A stretch of 64,000 nt of DNA. Origin: the human T2T-CHM13v2.0 reference genome, Homo sapiens. The position numbers and the translations under genes were made by a program. The DNA lies in the NCBI RefSeq assembly GCF_009914755.1, contig NC_060942.1; one strand, 5' to 3'. The notes beneath the pieces are model-generated. The model made no database searches. It worked only from the letters and a program-made list of their open reading frames with translations, and was not told where the DNA came from. Shown piece after piece: positions 1 to 12,913 of the stretch. The first letter of the stretch is position 1. Each line of letters opens with the position of its first letter.

Positions 1-559
1 CACTTAAAATCAATTAAAGTAATGCTAACAAGAGCCTATTTTAATCCCAGAAACACCAGACCCAGCATGTTGCACAGAATGGAACTCATTGGTTCTCTCT
101 GTGGTCTGAGAAATATTTCTAGACGGTGCTCTTATTTTATTAGCTTTTCTTTCAGTACTATAGGCCCCTACCTTGAACTTGATCCTCAGCTTTTGTCTCC
201 TACTCAAAGTAAAAAGGATGCTGGAGTTCATCTGGTTGAATGAGGAACAGCCTTTAATGGGGAGCCAGGATCCTTTCTGTGGGAGTACAGTGGGCCCCAT
301 GTGAGGAGGATGGTCCCAGGATGGTGGGGGGAAGGTGAGACCACAGCAACAGCTGAACGTGGGTCAATCTTTTCCTTCTGAGTTTAAAGTCTATAAAAAG
401 TTAATAAAACAATCTAAAGCCAATCACTCCACCTGTCCTCAGGATCCTGCCATGCCTATACTCCGCCATCTCTCTTGCTCTTTCTAAACAGGTTCAGGTC
501 CTCTCTCTTTTTAAAAACGTACGGGATCCACCTATCATCTCCTCTAGAGCCCTGCCTTC

Positions 560-1500
560 CTCCAGCTGCTGCTCTGCTGCCTGCCTCCTTGACAGTCAAA
601 CTGGAGCCATGTTTCTGTTCCTCCTTCTTCACCTCTCAGGCTCCCTCAATTCTCGCCAATATGGCTTCTGCCCCATGCCCCACAAAACTGTTCTTGCAGA
701 GATGACTAATGGCCTCCCTATAGAGAAGCTGCAGGACACACACCCAGGCCTCATCTCACTTGAAATCTCAGCTGCATTGAACAAAATGGACGACTCCCTT
801 TGCCCCTGAAACTAAGGCCCACAGTTCCCCTCCTCCTCTCCGGCCACTTGTAGTTCTATGCCGGCAACACTTTTTTTGCTTTGCCTCCACAGATTCCAGT
901 TTCTTGAGGCCCTCTTCTCTTCTGTCACTGTAATTTCTTTCTAAGCAAAACAATCTGCCCCAATAGCTTCAATTATCATCTGTAAACTGATGAAATTCCA
1001 AATTTAGTCCTCCAGCCCACACCTTTGCCAAACCTGTGTATCTACCTGCTTATCCAACATTTCCACCTAGTCACACCATAAGCCCCTCAAGCCCAATGCT
1101 TCTAAAGCAGACCCATCACAGCCTCTTGTACTCCCCTGCAGTGGCCTCTGTTTCCACACACAGCACTAGCATGTCAATATCTACTTCTGTTCACCCACTA
1201 CTGCCATCCTAGTCCTCAGACACAATGACCTCTCCCCTTGCTCTGATCCCTCTGCAATCCATGGTCCGCATCTCCCCCTCCACTCAAAACCCTTCCATGA
1301 CTGCCCTGCCTATAAGATGAGGCTTGAAACCTTTAAATGGCCTTGGCACTTGCACCTTGAACTCTTCAGCTTTCTCTCCCGCCACTTCCCTATCCTCTCT
1401 AGGCTACAAGCCCGTGAACTTTCTTTTCTAGAATATTCTGGAATGTTCCATGTTCCTTCCTGTATCAGGGCCTTTGCTCATGTACATTTCTGTCTACCAC
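560..1500 (-). mobile_element. L2 LINE fragments (ancient)
   Basis: Pyrimidine-rich L2-like phrases (ctcaaaacccttccatg, cagggcctttgctcatg). Confidence 0.55.
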
Positions 1501-3217
1501 ATCTCTTAGTCCAAAATCCTTCTCTCTGTTGCTCTCTCTGCACCCCCAGAAGTTAAAACAGAGTAAATCCCAAAGGAAAAGAAGAACCAAGAGAAACTAA
1601 CCGTTGAAGAAAAGTGCCAAGAAAGAAAAACAGGTAAGTTCATCTCCTTTTATTAACTGTACTTTGTCCTCTCAGACCACATTCTTTACATTTAAAATAA
1701 AATGTAACCCAAGGAGGTTGTGCCTAACAGAATACAAATTTCCAAATGATATTAAATAACTTTGAGAATACTGATTTTAATTTCTGCAGTTGTGAATGAT
1801 CAAAAGGACAAATGGGATCCATGACCAAATCCCATAAAAGTAAAAAGTAAAACAGGATTAGTGACAATAGTCACTAATATTTCCTAACAGAGCATGTGCT
1901 ATGTCCTAATAGTAACAGAATTAAACTCAGAAAGTGAGAAGAGGTGATAAACATAAACAATGTCAACAAAACCCTAAGGTGGACGGCTAGACCTACAGAC
2001 AAGGATCCAGGCCTGTCTCTGGCCCTTCTCTTCTGTAGAAAGGGTGCTTACTTACGAATCAGAGTCTCCCAAGGGAATGGAAATGGAAGACTAGACAGAT
2101 TCATGCCCTGGGTTGACATTTATTCCCTTAATATTTCAAAGCAGTATGTCTAGAGTTCTTTTTACTCTTTTCTCTACACACAAATTTTAACATGGACCCC
2201 CTCAAGTTGGAGTTCTTTCCCTAAGAACTTCAATTTTGCCCTGTCAACCCTACACTTTGAATAAATATATATTGGGTGATTCTGAACCTCTATAATACAG
2301 TTTATCTTTGTTGTATTTCCAAGGAGTTAGAGGTTGAGCCAGGGAAAGACAGAAGAGATATGAGGGTTACAGGGAAAGGAAAAAAGGAAAGAAAAGATGA
2401 GTAGGCTTGAGGCAGAGAGGAAAAGGACATCCATATAGACCCGAAACACGGAAGAGGCTGAAAGTCTAGATGTGGTGAACTTTGGGGCAAGTCCATCTTG
2501 GTCCTATCCCTCCCTCATCCACAGAGGGCACAACCTACCCAAACAGACCCACACCTCACTAGGACAGCAGTATTACCATCACAACCACAGTTAATTTGGC
2601 TGATGATTTATTTTGGGTGTATGTGATTCCTACTATGTGCTAAGAAATCAGCAAAGGAGAACAAATTAAAATTGGAACATACGTGGTAGAGCACTTGACT
2701 TAACCTTCAGGGCACTGTCTTAATCGTCTGACCCTGCAGAGAACAGCACAGTGCCAGGCACACAGTAGGTATGTAACAACTATTTAAGGGACGATGTGGG
2801 TTTTTTTCTTTATGTGCTATTGGAAGAGCTTTTTATTTCTAACCTTCACAGCTAAGGAATTTGTTTTCATCTTTTCAAACAAGGGTAAAATACTTAGATC
2901 CTTTCTGTTCAAGGCAAAGAGGGCAAAGATGATCAAGTAACCTTAAAATGTTACTATAACATATTTTTATTCATTTCGGCAAGTACTTTCAGTACTTAGT
3001 ACGCACCAACCACTGTGGCAGGCATGGGGAATAGGGCAGTGAGCAACACAGGCCATGTCCCTGCCTTTGAGGAATACACTTTATTTATTTAAACAGTAGA
3101 AGGAATAAAAATCATGAAAATATTAATTCTCACTCTTACAAATATATAACCATTATTTTTTTGAAGAACTACTCTGATTATGGCAAATAAAATGAATGAA
3201 ATAAAATAAAATGAAAC

Positions 3218-3360
3218 AGTGAGCATGGTGGCTCACACCTGTAATCCTAGCACTTGGGAGGCTGAAGCAGGAGGATCCCTTGAGCCCAGTAGTTTGAGAC
3301 CAGCCTGGGCAACATAGGGAGACCATGTCTCTATTAAAGAAAAATAAATTAAATAAAATA
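3218..3360 (+). mobile_element. FLAM-type Alu monomer
   Basis: Alu left-arm sequence followed directly by an A-rich tail. Confidence 0.85.
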
Positions 3361-4235
3361 ACCCAAAATCAATTAGAAAATTTCAACCACAGGTTGAAAT
3401 ACTTTAAGTCAAATACATACAGATTTCATTAAGTCAAATATTGTAAAAAAGAAGTATATGTGTATATACCCTTAAAACATATAAATCCTAACCAAAAATG
3501 ACAACATTGTAAGGTATACCAAAGTATGTTTAACTTTAAAAAGCCTGACCCAGTATCAAAATTCAAAACGGGAGCTATAAAAACAGAATTTCCCTCAGTG
3601 TACTTAAACTTTGATCTAATTTAGAAGCATTTGATTTGCAGACATTTTTTGCCAGGGTAGAATCATAGGTTCTTAGGGTGGAAAGAGATTCTAAATGTCA
3701 CCTGACCAGGTATTCCTGGATCCTAGTTGCCCTATTCAGAAGGGCTCTTCCTAAATTTGTTTGGTGAGGTCACCTCATTGACACCAAGTGGGAGGATCAG
3801 GATACAGTTTAGCTGTGAACAGCGGCCTCCCAAGCTGATCTCATTCTCCAAAGCTAATCCCACGATTCTTTAGCATTACAAATATGGATGAAGCATTTCA
3901 CAAACAAGTGCTTGCCTTTGTTAACAGTTTCTTTTGATTCCATCAGTAATACCTTAGCTGCTTTCTTTTATAAGAATGGGGGGGAAAGGCCTGATTTCTT
4001 GACAGACCTATCTGGAGAGTGGTAGTTGGAAGGAAAGTGTGTATCCCAGAGAACAAAGATCTCAGCCCTTGAGCAATTCATTCAGATTTTGAGTGGTATG
4101 CTGGGATGAGGATGGGCTGAATAAGGCAGGATGTAATCACACCATAAAGGCTACACATAACCTAACAAGTGAGAAGAGGCGGCTTTGTCAAGAAGGAAAG
4201 AGATTCTGAGTCTATGAGTCAGGATCAATTCCTTT

Positions 4236-4555
4236 TTTATTCTTTTTCTTTTTCTTTTCTTTCTTTCTTTTTTTTTTTTTGAGACAGGGCCTTGCTCTGT
4301 TGCCCAGGCTGGAATGCAGTGGCACAATCATAGCTCACTGCAGCCTTGAACTCCTGGGCTTAAGAGATCCTCCTGCCTCCAGGGTAGCTGGGAGTACAGA
4401 CATGCACTCCCACACCCAGCTACATTTTTAAATTTTTGTAGAGATGGGGTCTCATTATGTTGCCCAGGCTGGTCTCAAACTCGTGGCCTCAAGCAATCTT
4501 CTAGCCTGGGCTTCCCAAAGTGCCGGGGTTACAGGCGTGAGTCATGGCTCCCTGC
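4236..4555 (-). mobile_element. AluJ-like SINE
   Basis: T-rich tail followed by gagacagggccttgctctgttgcccaggctgg...; diverged. Confidence 0.9.
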
Positions 4556-4849
4556 TGATCACTTCCTGCCTCTAGGCCAGAATCTGCTACTCACCTTCTC
4601 TGGGCCGCCATCTCCTCACCTGTGATGTCTGCCCTACCTAACAACAGGTTGAGGTGGTCAGAGAAGTCTGGCTCTGGCTTTACGCAGTGCCTTATTGTGA
4701 TTATGTTGGCATGAGTGGTCAGTGTGGCCTGCTTCTGTGGGGGTGGGACCCAACTGATGGGGAAAAAGATGACACATTAAGAGGAGGAATCCTGGGGACT
4801 AGAGTAGCTGCTCAGTTACTTCCATCTATATTAATCATGGTTTTATTAG

Positions 4850-5140
4850 TTTTCCTGTCTTTCCCACTTGACTGTCAAGTCCATGGGAAACAAGACCTTC
4901 ACTGCCTTGTTCTTTATTGCGTCCTCAGTGATAAGCGAAGTTGGTGCTCAATAAATGTTTGTTAAATGAATAGAATAAGTGAAAGACCTGGGATCCAGTC
5001 CTAGGTTTGCCATTGACCACCTCCTTCCTGGAGCAGGTCACTTAACCTCTGTAGCCTATGAGATTGCTGTGAGGATCACATGGAATAGAGGACCTTGAGT
5101 ACTTACATAACATGTGATACACAGATGTTAGTTATTGGGT
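4850..5140. mobile_element. L2 3' end plus MIR fragment
   Basis: gtgctcaataaatgtttgttaaatgaat (L2 end); gagcaggtcacttaacctctg and ttgctgtgaggat (MIR core). Confidence 0.6.
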
Positions 5141-5532
5141 TGATTGTGGGAACAAATTCTTCAGGAATGAGATATGTAGTAGCCCTCTTACCAAGCAATG
5201 CATTGAAGGGTAATAATCTAACTGCGACTCACACTTTATGATGCAGATAATGTTTGCTGACTTTATTTCTAAACAAGCTAGTATAAACTAAATTACAACT
5301 AAAATGTGAATTATTTGATGGTTTTTGTTAACTGAGCAAGTATTTTATTTCAGTCAAGTAGGAAAAGGGGGCTAAGAGAATGACTTAATTTGTCTCAAAT
5401 GAGCACTTTATTACAAAGAGTGTTACTGTTCTATGTAATACATTGCCAGAAAGTTTCATATTCTTTATTGTATTTGGATGAGATCTTTTCTAGCTAAGTG
5501 GCCATAAGAATTTTTCTTTGTTTCCTCTGTAG

Positions 5533-5793
5533 CGCAGGCTGTAGTGCAGTGGCACGATCTTGGCTCACTGCAACCTCCACCTCCCAGGCTCAAGCAATCC
5601 TCCCACTGCAGCCTCCGAGTAGCTGGGACTACAGGCATGTGCCACCATGCTGGGCTAATGTTCGTATTTTTTGTAAAGATGGGGTTTCACCATATTGCCC
5701 AGGCTGGTTTCGAACTCTTTGAGATCAAGTGATCTGCCTGCCTCAGCCTCCCAAAGTGCTGGAATTACAGGTATGAGCCACCACTCCTGGCCT
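5533..5793 (-). mobile_element. Alu SINE (tail-less)
   Basis: Clear antisense Alu body. Confidence 0.9.
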
Positions 5794-8700
5794 GTGAGAA
5801 TATTTTTAAAGCTATTATTTAAAAAAAAAAAAAAAAAAAGCAAGCCATGGAATTTGCGATTTATCATCTGGTTGTATGTGTTAGATTTTAATAATAAAAG
5901 TATAAGAGGTTCTAGTTCCATATTCTAGATGACTAAGATATTTCTTTATTGAAACACATTTGGAATATGGTTTACTGGTATCGTAACATTCTAATGAAAA
6001 TTATAAATAAAAAGTGACTGATCTCCATAAGTACACTGCTTATAATTAGGAAAAATCAATTTGTATATTTTTTTATGAGATGGATAATCTTACTGAAACC
6101 TGAAGATTTATATTGCTCACACTTGTAATTCATTTCAATTTTTTTATTTACAGTCTACTTAAAAATATACATAGAAAATAAAATCTACTTAGAGTTTGTT
6201 CAAAATTAATCCTTTAAATATTTTACATAAAGCATATTTAAATTTTTCTCTGTGGCATAAAGGAGAGAACAGAAGTTTGTGTTTCATTTTATTTTTATAT
6301 TTTAGTGAGTCACATAGTACCTATACCTATAATTTAATATCCATCTTTCTCTAAACTTTAGTTTTTATTATTTGTCTCTTGATTATCATTATTTTATCCT
6401 TGCCAAAGATGTGAGTTCTCCAACTGGTTTCTTTGTACATCTCCATACTTCTGCCTGTGTTTATAAATATTTTGTAATTTTTTTGGACCCTTTGTCTTAT
6501 CTTTCAAAGAGAATACTGAAGATCATCTGTAAATTGTATATAATCTCTCTCATTTTCCTCTAACCTGTCAATAATCTCTAACCAATAGAATATATATGTA
6601 TATTTTATACATATGTATTTTAAAGCTATCATTTATTCAGCACTTACTATGGGCTTTTAATACAAGTGTATTTGTATTATCCCTATTAAGAAATGTAGTA
6701 ACCTGCCTAAGATCATTCAGGTCAATGATTCATGTAACTTTAACTTGGTCTATCCCTTGGTAATTCTACCAGAACCCATAGAGATATGAGTTTTGCTCCA
6801 AACTGATGTACCTCTTTCTTTATGACCAGAGGTTCCTTAACCACTTACTTCTCCTATACTTTTTTCTACTGTCTTTTCCTCATTTTCCCTTTTACTCTCA
6901 TCACCAAAGTATTCTTTATCTCTTGTGTTATCTGTCATCACCAGCAAAAGACCTACATGTCTGTGATTTTCACTTCTGAAGGATGTTCTTGTAGTAAGAA
7001 GTCAGGTGACTCCAAGACAGCAGAATCTTTTCACTCACCTGTTCTGGCTGGGCAAGAGCTCCCTGCCAAGGGCATCATGGAGGGAAAGGCCTGGGGTTGG
7101 GGTGGGGGGGGGGGAGCTGCCATCCTGTGCCAAGAGGTAAACCCTTCCCCCATAAAGTACCTTGGTATTACTAAACATTTTCTATTTGTCAGGCACTTTA
7201 TAGTCATTTTTATTGGTTCTTTTTACTAGTTATAACTGCATCAGAACTGCATTCCTTTTCTCTTTTAATTAAGTGCTCTGAATGAAGTGGCAAAGACTGA
7301 GGGCCTTGGGGAGCAAGTCTTCAACTGCCAAACAGTCAGTGAACAGATAAAGAACCACAGAAACAGAGGACTGGTCCCAGCGAGCGTCAGACCCCCAGCA
7401 AGGAGCCAGTCTGCACTGACCCACTGAAGAAATGGCTCCCGGGGGCTTGACTTTGTATTTTAAAAAAAGTCCGCAAGTCAACCTAAGACTGTAGCTTTCA
7501 GCCACTGATGTCTCGGGTGTACACTGACATTTGGAAGACTGGGCTGTTCATTTCACGCGACCCATCATGTTCCCCTTTCTTTCACTGAGGCTCCAAAAAC
7601 ACAAAATCACACTAAGATTCATTCTGTTTTCAAAAGACACATCCATCAATATACTTGTGTTTTGGTGTCCTTTTTCTCCTCTCTTTAACACCTAACTATA
7701 CCATGTTTATAACTTTATCTATAAGGTACAGCTTTAAAAGTACCAGTGTAGAAGTGGCCTGGAGCTGGAACCAGAACTTTAACTTTGCTTCTTGGTAGGT
7801 AGGTGAATGTGAGGGTCAGTTTTCCTCATCTGTAGAATGGGTATGATGAAAGTTCCTATCCTTCCCCTTCAGCTGTGCATAGATTCACAGGACTTATCAA
7901 ACAGTCAGGGTTTATTCATCTGGTTACTTATTTGCCTCCCCCACAAGACTGAGTGATTCCTCCAAAAAAAAAAAAAAAAAAAAAAAGAAGATTTTTTTTC
8001 CTGTGTCCCCTCAGTCTGTCTAGCCCAGTACCTGACACTAGGAACTGCCCTACTAAGCCCTTGGAATGAAATCACATACAGGAAAGCCCTTTGCTTTCCT
8101 GTGAAAAACTATCTACAAGTACCTTAGTGATTACTCATAGTGTGGCCCCACAGACCTGAGAGGTGAATGAAACCACGCTGGGCTCCAAAGCCATACATTT
8201 AGTGAGTGTGAGTTGTAATTAACATGTGAACTATGACAGGGTACCAGTTCTGGATTTTGTGGGATTATTGTACATATGCTCAATCTTAAAATATGTGGCT
8301 TCACAACAGGGTGAACATTTAGAGTGGCTCATATGTGGTGGAATGTGGCAGCTTACTTGGAGTGGGGACACCTAAAACACAAGTATACTAAGGCTTACTG
8401 GAGAAGCCTGAAATGTTACAGCAAAGAAAAGGCTTAAATTTTTTGACAAGGTAATATTTTATTTTTTCCTGGGTTTCCACATTCCCCATACATGCACTTC
8501 AGGTTTAACTGTTTAGTATTTCAGTTCTGTTAGGCCACTTTTGGTCCCATTTCTGAGATACTAATACACACCCCTTACTCTCCAGGGCTGACCTGGGAAC
8601 ACTCATCAAATGAGATAAGACTGATCTCCAGCCAGTACTTTGGACTTGCCCTAGGTATTCCACTGTAGTTTCTCCAGTGTCTTCTCTTAAATATTTCTAA

Positions 8701-9963
8701 GTTATTCTTCACCTCCAAGTTCCTACCTTGCACACCGTAAGTGCTCAATAAATGCTTTCAGAAATGAATCTGCTTTTCAGTTTTTCTGAATAGCATTCTC
8801 CTTCACCTTGCCTTTCTCTCAGATCTTGGCTCACGTCCCAAGAGGTGGTTCTAAAAACCCTTCAAGGGAGGAGTTATAGGATGACATGGGATTCTATGAC
8901 TCCATGATCCTTTTCATAAATTAAAAAAAAAAAACCCACGAGACACATTCCTGGATCATTACCACCCCCACCACCTCCATAAAGTGATCCTGAAAAAAAT
9001 AGTAAAATCCAGCATTGTGAACACCCTACCATTAATTATAAAAGACGAACATGTGAAAGAACTCTGGGGTGAGCGGAAAAGAAGCTAGCATAATCAGCTT
9101 TCTAATGTTCTTGTTATACTTTTACTTAGATCTGTGTGTTTCTACAGCAACATGTTTCTAAATTGCTACCTCAATTCACTGAAAAATAAACATTCAGCAA
9201 GTCTCTTTTTTTTCTGGAGTGAAAAAACAACAACAATATTTGTTTAAGATGTAAGAAAATATCCAAAATCTATTTAGATATAGTTTTGTCAGAAAGAATA
9301 TCACAAAATAGAAGCCAATATTCCATATAAACTGGCTTAATACAATATGCTATTCTATAAAACCCAAAAACCTATTCCATAAGGACTATGCTGGCTGAAT
9401 ACTGTAAGTATTTGGAGGGCAAACTAAATCAGAGGTAATAAATCCCTGCACTGTCACACTAAAAACAAGTCACAAAAGATCATTAACTGGTCAGCGATAA
9501 TGTATCAAAATACCAACCAATTATCTTAATTCTGTAGTCTATTTCAACCGTATATTAGTACACCTCAACTTTAAGTGGCATTTCTATTGATTTACATAGT
9601 ATCGAAGGCAGAAGTCAAGTATTAGAAAATTGTGGTGCATTTTTGCATTAGGGAAACGTAAACATCATAACACAGGCTCTAGCCAAATATAGACCCTACT
9701 TCTAGAATACTGAAATTAAGAGATTTATGTAGATTATAGCTATAATGACCTTCATAATATTTTAGGAATCCTAGTATAATGACCACTCCCTTCATCTCAA
9801 GCCATTCCAAATAAAATTTAATCTCTTTTGAAAAACTGTTGATTTCATTCTGTTCATTGTTGTCTCATTTCATCTGTGAATGTGCTGTAGCCTGGGCAGC
9901 AATTATGCCCATCAGTGGGCTGCCCAAATCCTAGTGCTAATTTTTTAGCACTAGAAAATTTCT

Positions 9964-10308
<345 letters not shown>

Positions 10309-10669
10309 CTAAGTTAGAAGAAGGTGTGGAGTTAAATCCCACGTGGGCCACAGAACATGCAAATCTTAAGGTAAAGCATCCACACGGATGGGCTTTTTTA
10401 GGTTAATTGTGAGAGGGAAGAGGGCCCAGGTAGGCCAGAGTGCAAGAGCCTGCACTGAGATTTCGTATCTCCCAGAAGACCTGCAAAAGTGCTACTGGCC
10501 AGAGTCTATGGATGCCCCAAAAGAAGAAACAACAGAGGGGCCCCCGGTGCAGCACCTGGACAAGCTACTTCCAAGAGCCAAACTGAAGGCTGGGGCTAGG
10601 ACTTTATGATAAAGATCTGCATTTGTTCAAATGTAAAGCATTCTGCACTAACAAAATGATAGCAAATAT

Positions 10670-10860
10670 TCATATAGTGCTCATATTTGAAGCACTTTTC
10701 AAGCAGTATCTCATTTAACACCCATGCTCCTGTGAGATCATTGTTATCATCATTCCCGTTTGACTGAGGAGGAAACTGAGGCACCCAGAGATCTGGGCAG
10801 AGCTGAGATTTGCTCCAGGGGATGTGGCTCTGGAGTCTGTTCTTAACCACTATGTGATAT
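10670..10860 (-). mobile_element. MIR
   Basis: gaggaaactgaggcacccagag; tcttaaccactat. Confidence 0.7.
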
Positions 10861-11134
10861 AGTTTCTCAAATGAGGTTGCTCCAAATCCCAGACCCAGCA
10901 AAGGCTGGGGGCCCCACACAGCAAAACGGAAGCCTGCCACACACCGGAAACATTCTTTTTTGTGTCTCTGCATACTTATGTCACTGCTTTGTGATGCTGT
11001 CTTTTAACAAGTTCTCTCTTCTTTAGTTGTTCCAGAAAGCATCACAGGTAATAATGTGATTTCATGTTCTATCATCTTCTCTTTATTGGATTCTTTTATT
11101 TGAACAGTTGATAAGAATTTTGCAATCAACAGGC

Positions 11135-11480
11135 CATGGGTTTGAAAGAACATACTGTGGAATCTGACAGGCTGGGTTCAAATCCCAGCATAGTTACTTA
11201 CCAGTTGTTAGGGCTCAAACAAGTGAATCAACATCTATGACCCTTAGCTTGCTTCCTCCTTTATAAAATGAAAATAATAACCATAATTCCTGGAAGGGCT
11301 GCATGAGGATTAAATGAGAGACCACATCGGCCAGTGCTCAAGATGTTCAGAGCACATGCACTGCCTAGGAGTCTTTTCAAGCACAGGGGCTGATTCAGGG
11401 GCACAGAGTGGCGGGATTTTTGCATTTCCCACAAGCTCCCAAGTAATGCAGATGTTGCTGGTTGGTGGACCACTTTAAAG
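11135..11480. mobile_element. MIR followed by a MER5A-like hAT MITE
   Basis: gctgggttcaaatcccagc...gaggattaaatgag (MIR); tgcatttcccacaagctccc...gaccacttt (MER5). Confidence 0.65.
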
Positions 11481-12420
11481 CTTTCAGTATGTCTTCATTA
11501 TTATTAATGTTAATGATTATATTCTACTCCATAGCTACAGAACCAGTTAGAGATTGTGACAGTTTATATCAGAACTCTCCAATGAATGAATCAAGTTTGT
11601 CTCTGCAGTCTGCAGTACAACAAGATGGGAGCCTCGTGCCTTATGCCCCTACAGTGCTCCCCCATTTACTCCTGCCTGGATCTGGTCTAACAGTCCACTC
11701 ACTGACCCATAACAGCCAGGAATGTGGAAATAATTCATGTTTCTAAGTTAAGTTCCTTAAAACTGCATGTCAAAAACCATAGCAACTTGAAATATCAGAA
11801 TTAATCCACAATCACAAGAAACTTATCCTCAACACTTATTTCTCAGATTATGATAAAAATGAAGGATTTTTTCAAATATCAAGTTTACATATACATATAT
11901 ATATATGAAGATATTATCTATGAACATTTTGTCTAAATGGAGGGTGAGGCAGAGAAATGTACAAATATGAAATTCAATTTAAAAAATATAGATAGTGTAC
12001 TTAACTAGTTTGGTCCCTGGCACACAGTGAAAGGGCCCAAATGGGAACTGGTGCTATAAATAATTGCTTCCTTTTTCTTGTGTTAAGACAGAAAGGATGG
12101 GGATTGAATGGGGAGATACTAGGCTGAACTGGGTTAAACCGGACTAGGGACATGAAGTAAAACTAGAAATTCATGATCACAAGCTCCCAAACTAGTCCTG
12201 ACATTTTAATTTGGCAACTGAATTACTCACAAAGGAAGCAACATCTGTCTCTGTCATCCCTTAGCATTCCTTTCTGAACTCCTCCTCTTGTTGCCTAGAG
12301 GCCTAGCACCTAATGCTGTCTTAAATCTGCCAGCCTCTTCGGGCAGCACGTTTTACCCCGCTTCCTCCCAGACTGGATCAAAACCTTCCAGGGTTCACTG
12401 CCAGTCGGGGGAAAGCAGTA

Positions 12421-12913
12421 CACTTGACCCTTGAATGACAGGGGTTTGAACTGTGCGGGTTCACTTATATGCGAGTGTTTTTCAATGAAAGTCACACCAA
12501 GTGTGCCTGCCTGTCCTGCTTCCCTTTCTACCTCCTCTATCTCCTCTGCCTCTGCCACCCCTCAAACAGCAAGATCAACCCCTCCTCTTCCCCCACCTCC
12601 TACTCAACCTGAAGATGACAAGGAGACCTTTATGATCATCCACTTCCACTCAATGAATAGTAAATATATTTTCTCTGTCTTATGATTTTCTTGATAACAT
12701 TTTCTTTTCTCTAGCTTACTTTATTGTAAGAATACAGATGATACATAAAGCACACAAAATATGTGTTAATCAACTGTTTATGGTATTGGCAAAGCTTCTG
12801 GTCAACAGCAAGCTATTAGTTAAGTTTTGGTGAAGTTAAAAATTTGTTAAAAGCAGTGTTTTGACTGCAGGGGGTTGGTGTCCCTAAGCCCTGAGTTGTT
12901 CAATGGTCAACTG
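12421..12913 (+). mobile_element. Tigger2a-like non-autonomous DNA transposon
   Basis: TIRs cacttgacccttgaa / ttcaatggtcaactg, TA target duplication on both sides, Tigger2-type internal sequence. Confidence 0.85.

Noticed and set aside
7033-7041. Perfect minus-strand donor CAG|GTGAGT (and AAG|GTGAGT near 4590)
   Set aside because: No convincing paired acceptor, ORF or promoter; such motifs occur by chance in long introns.
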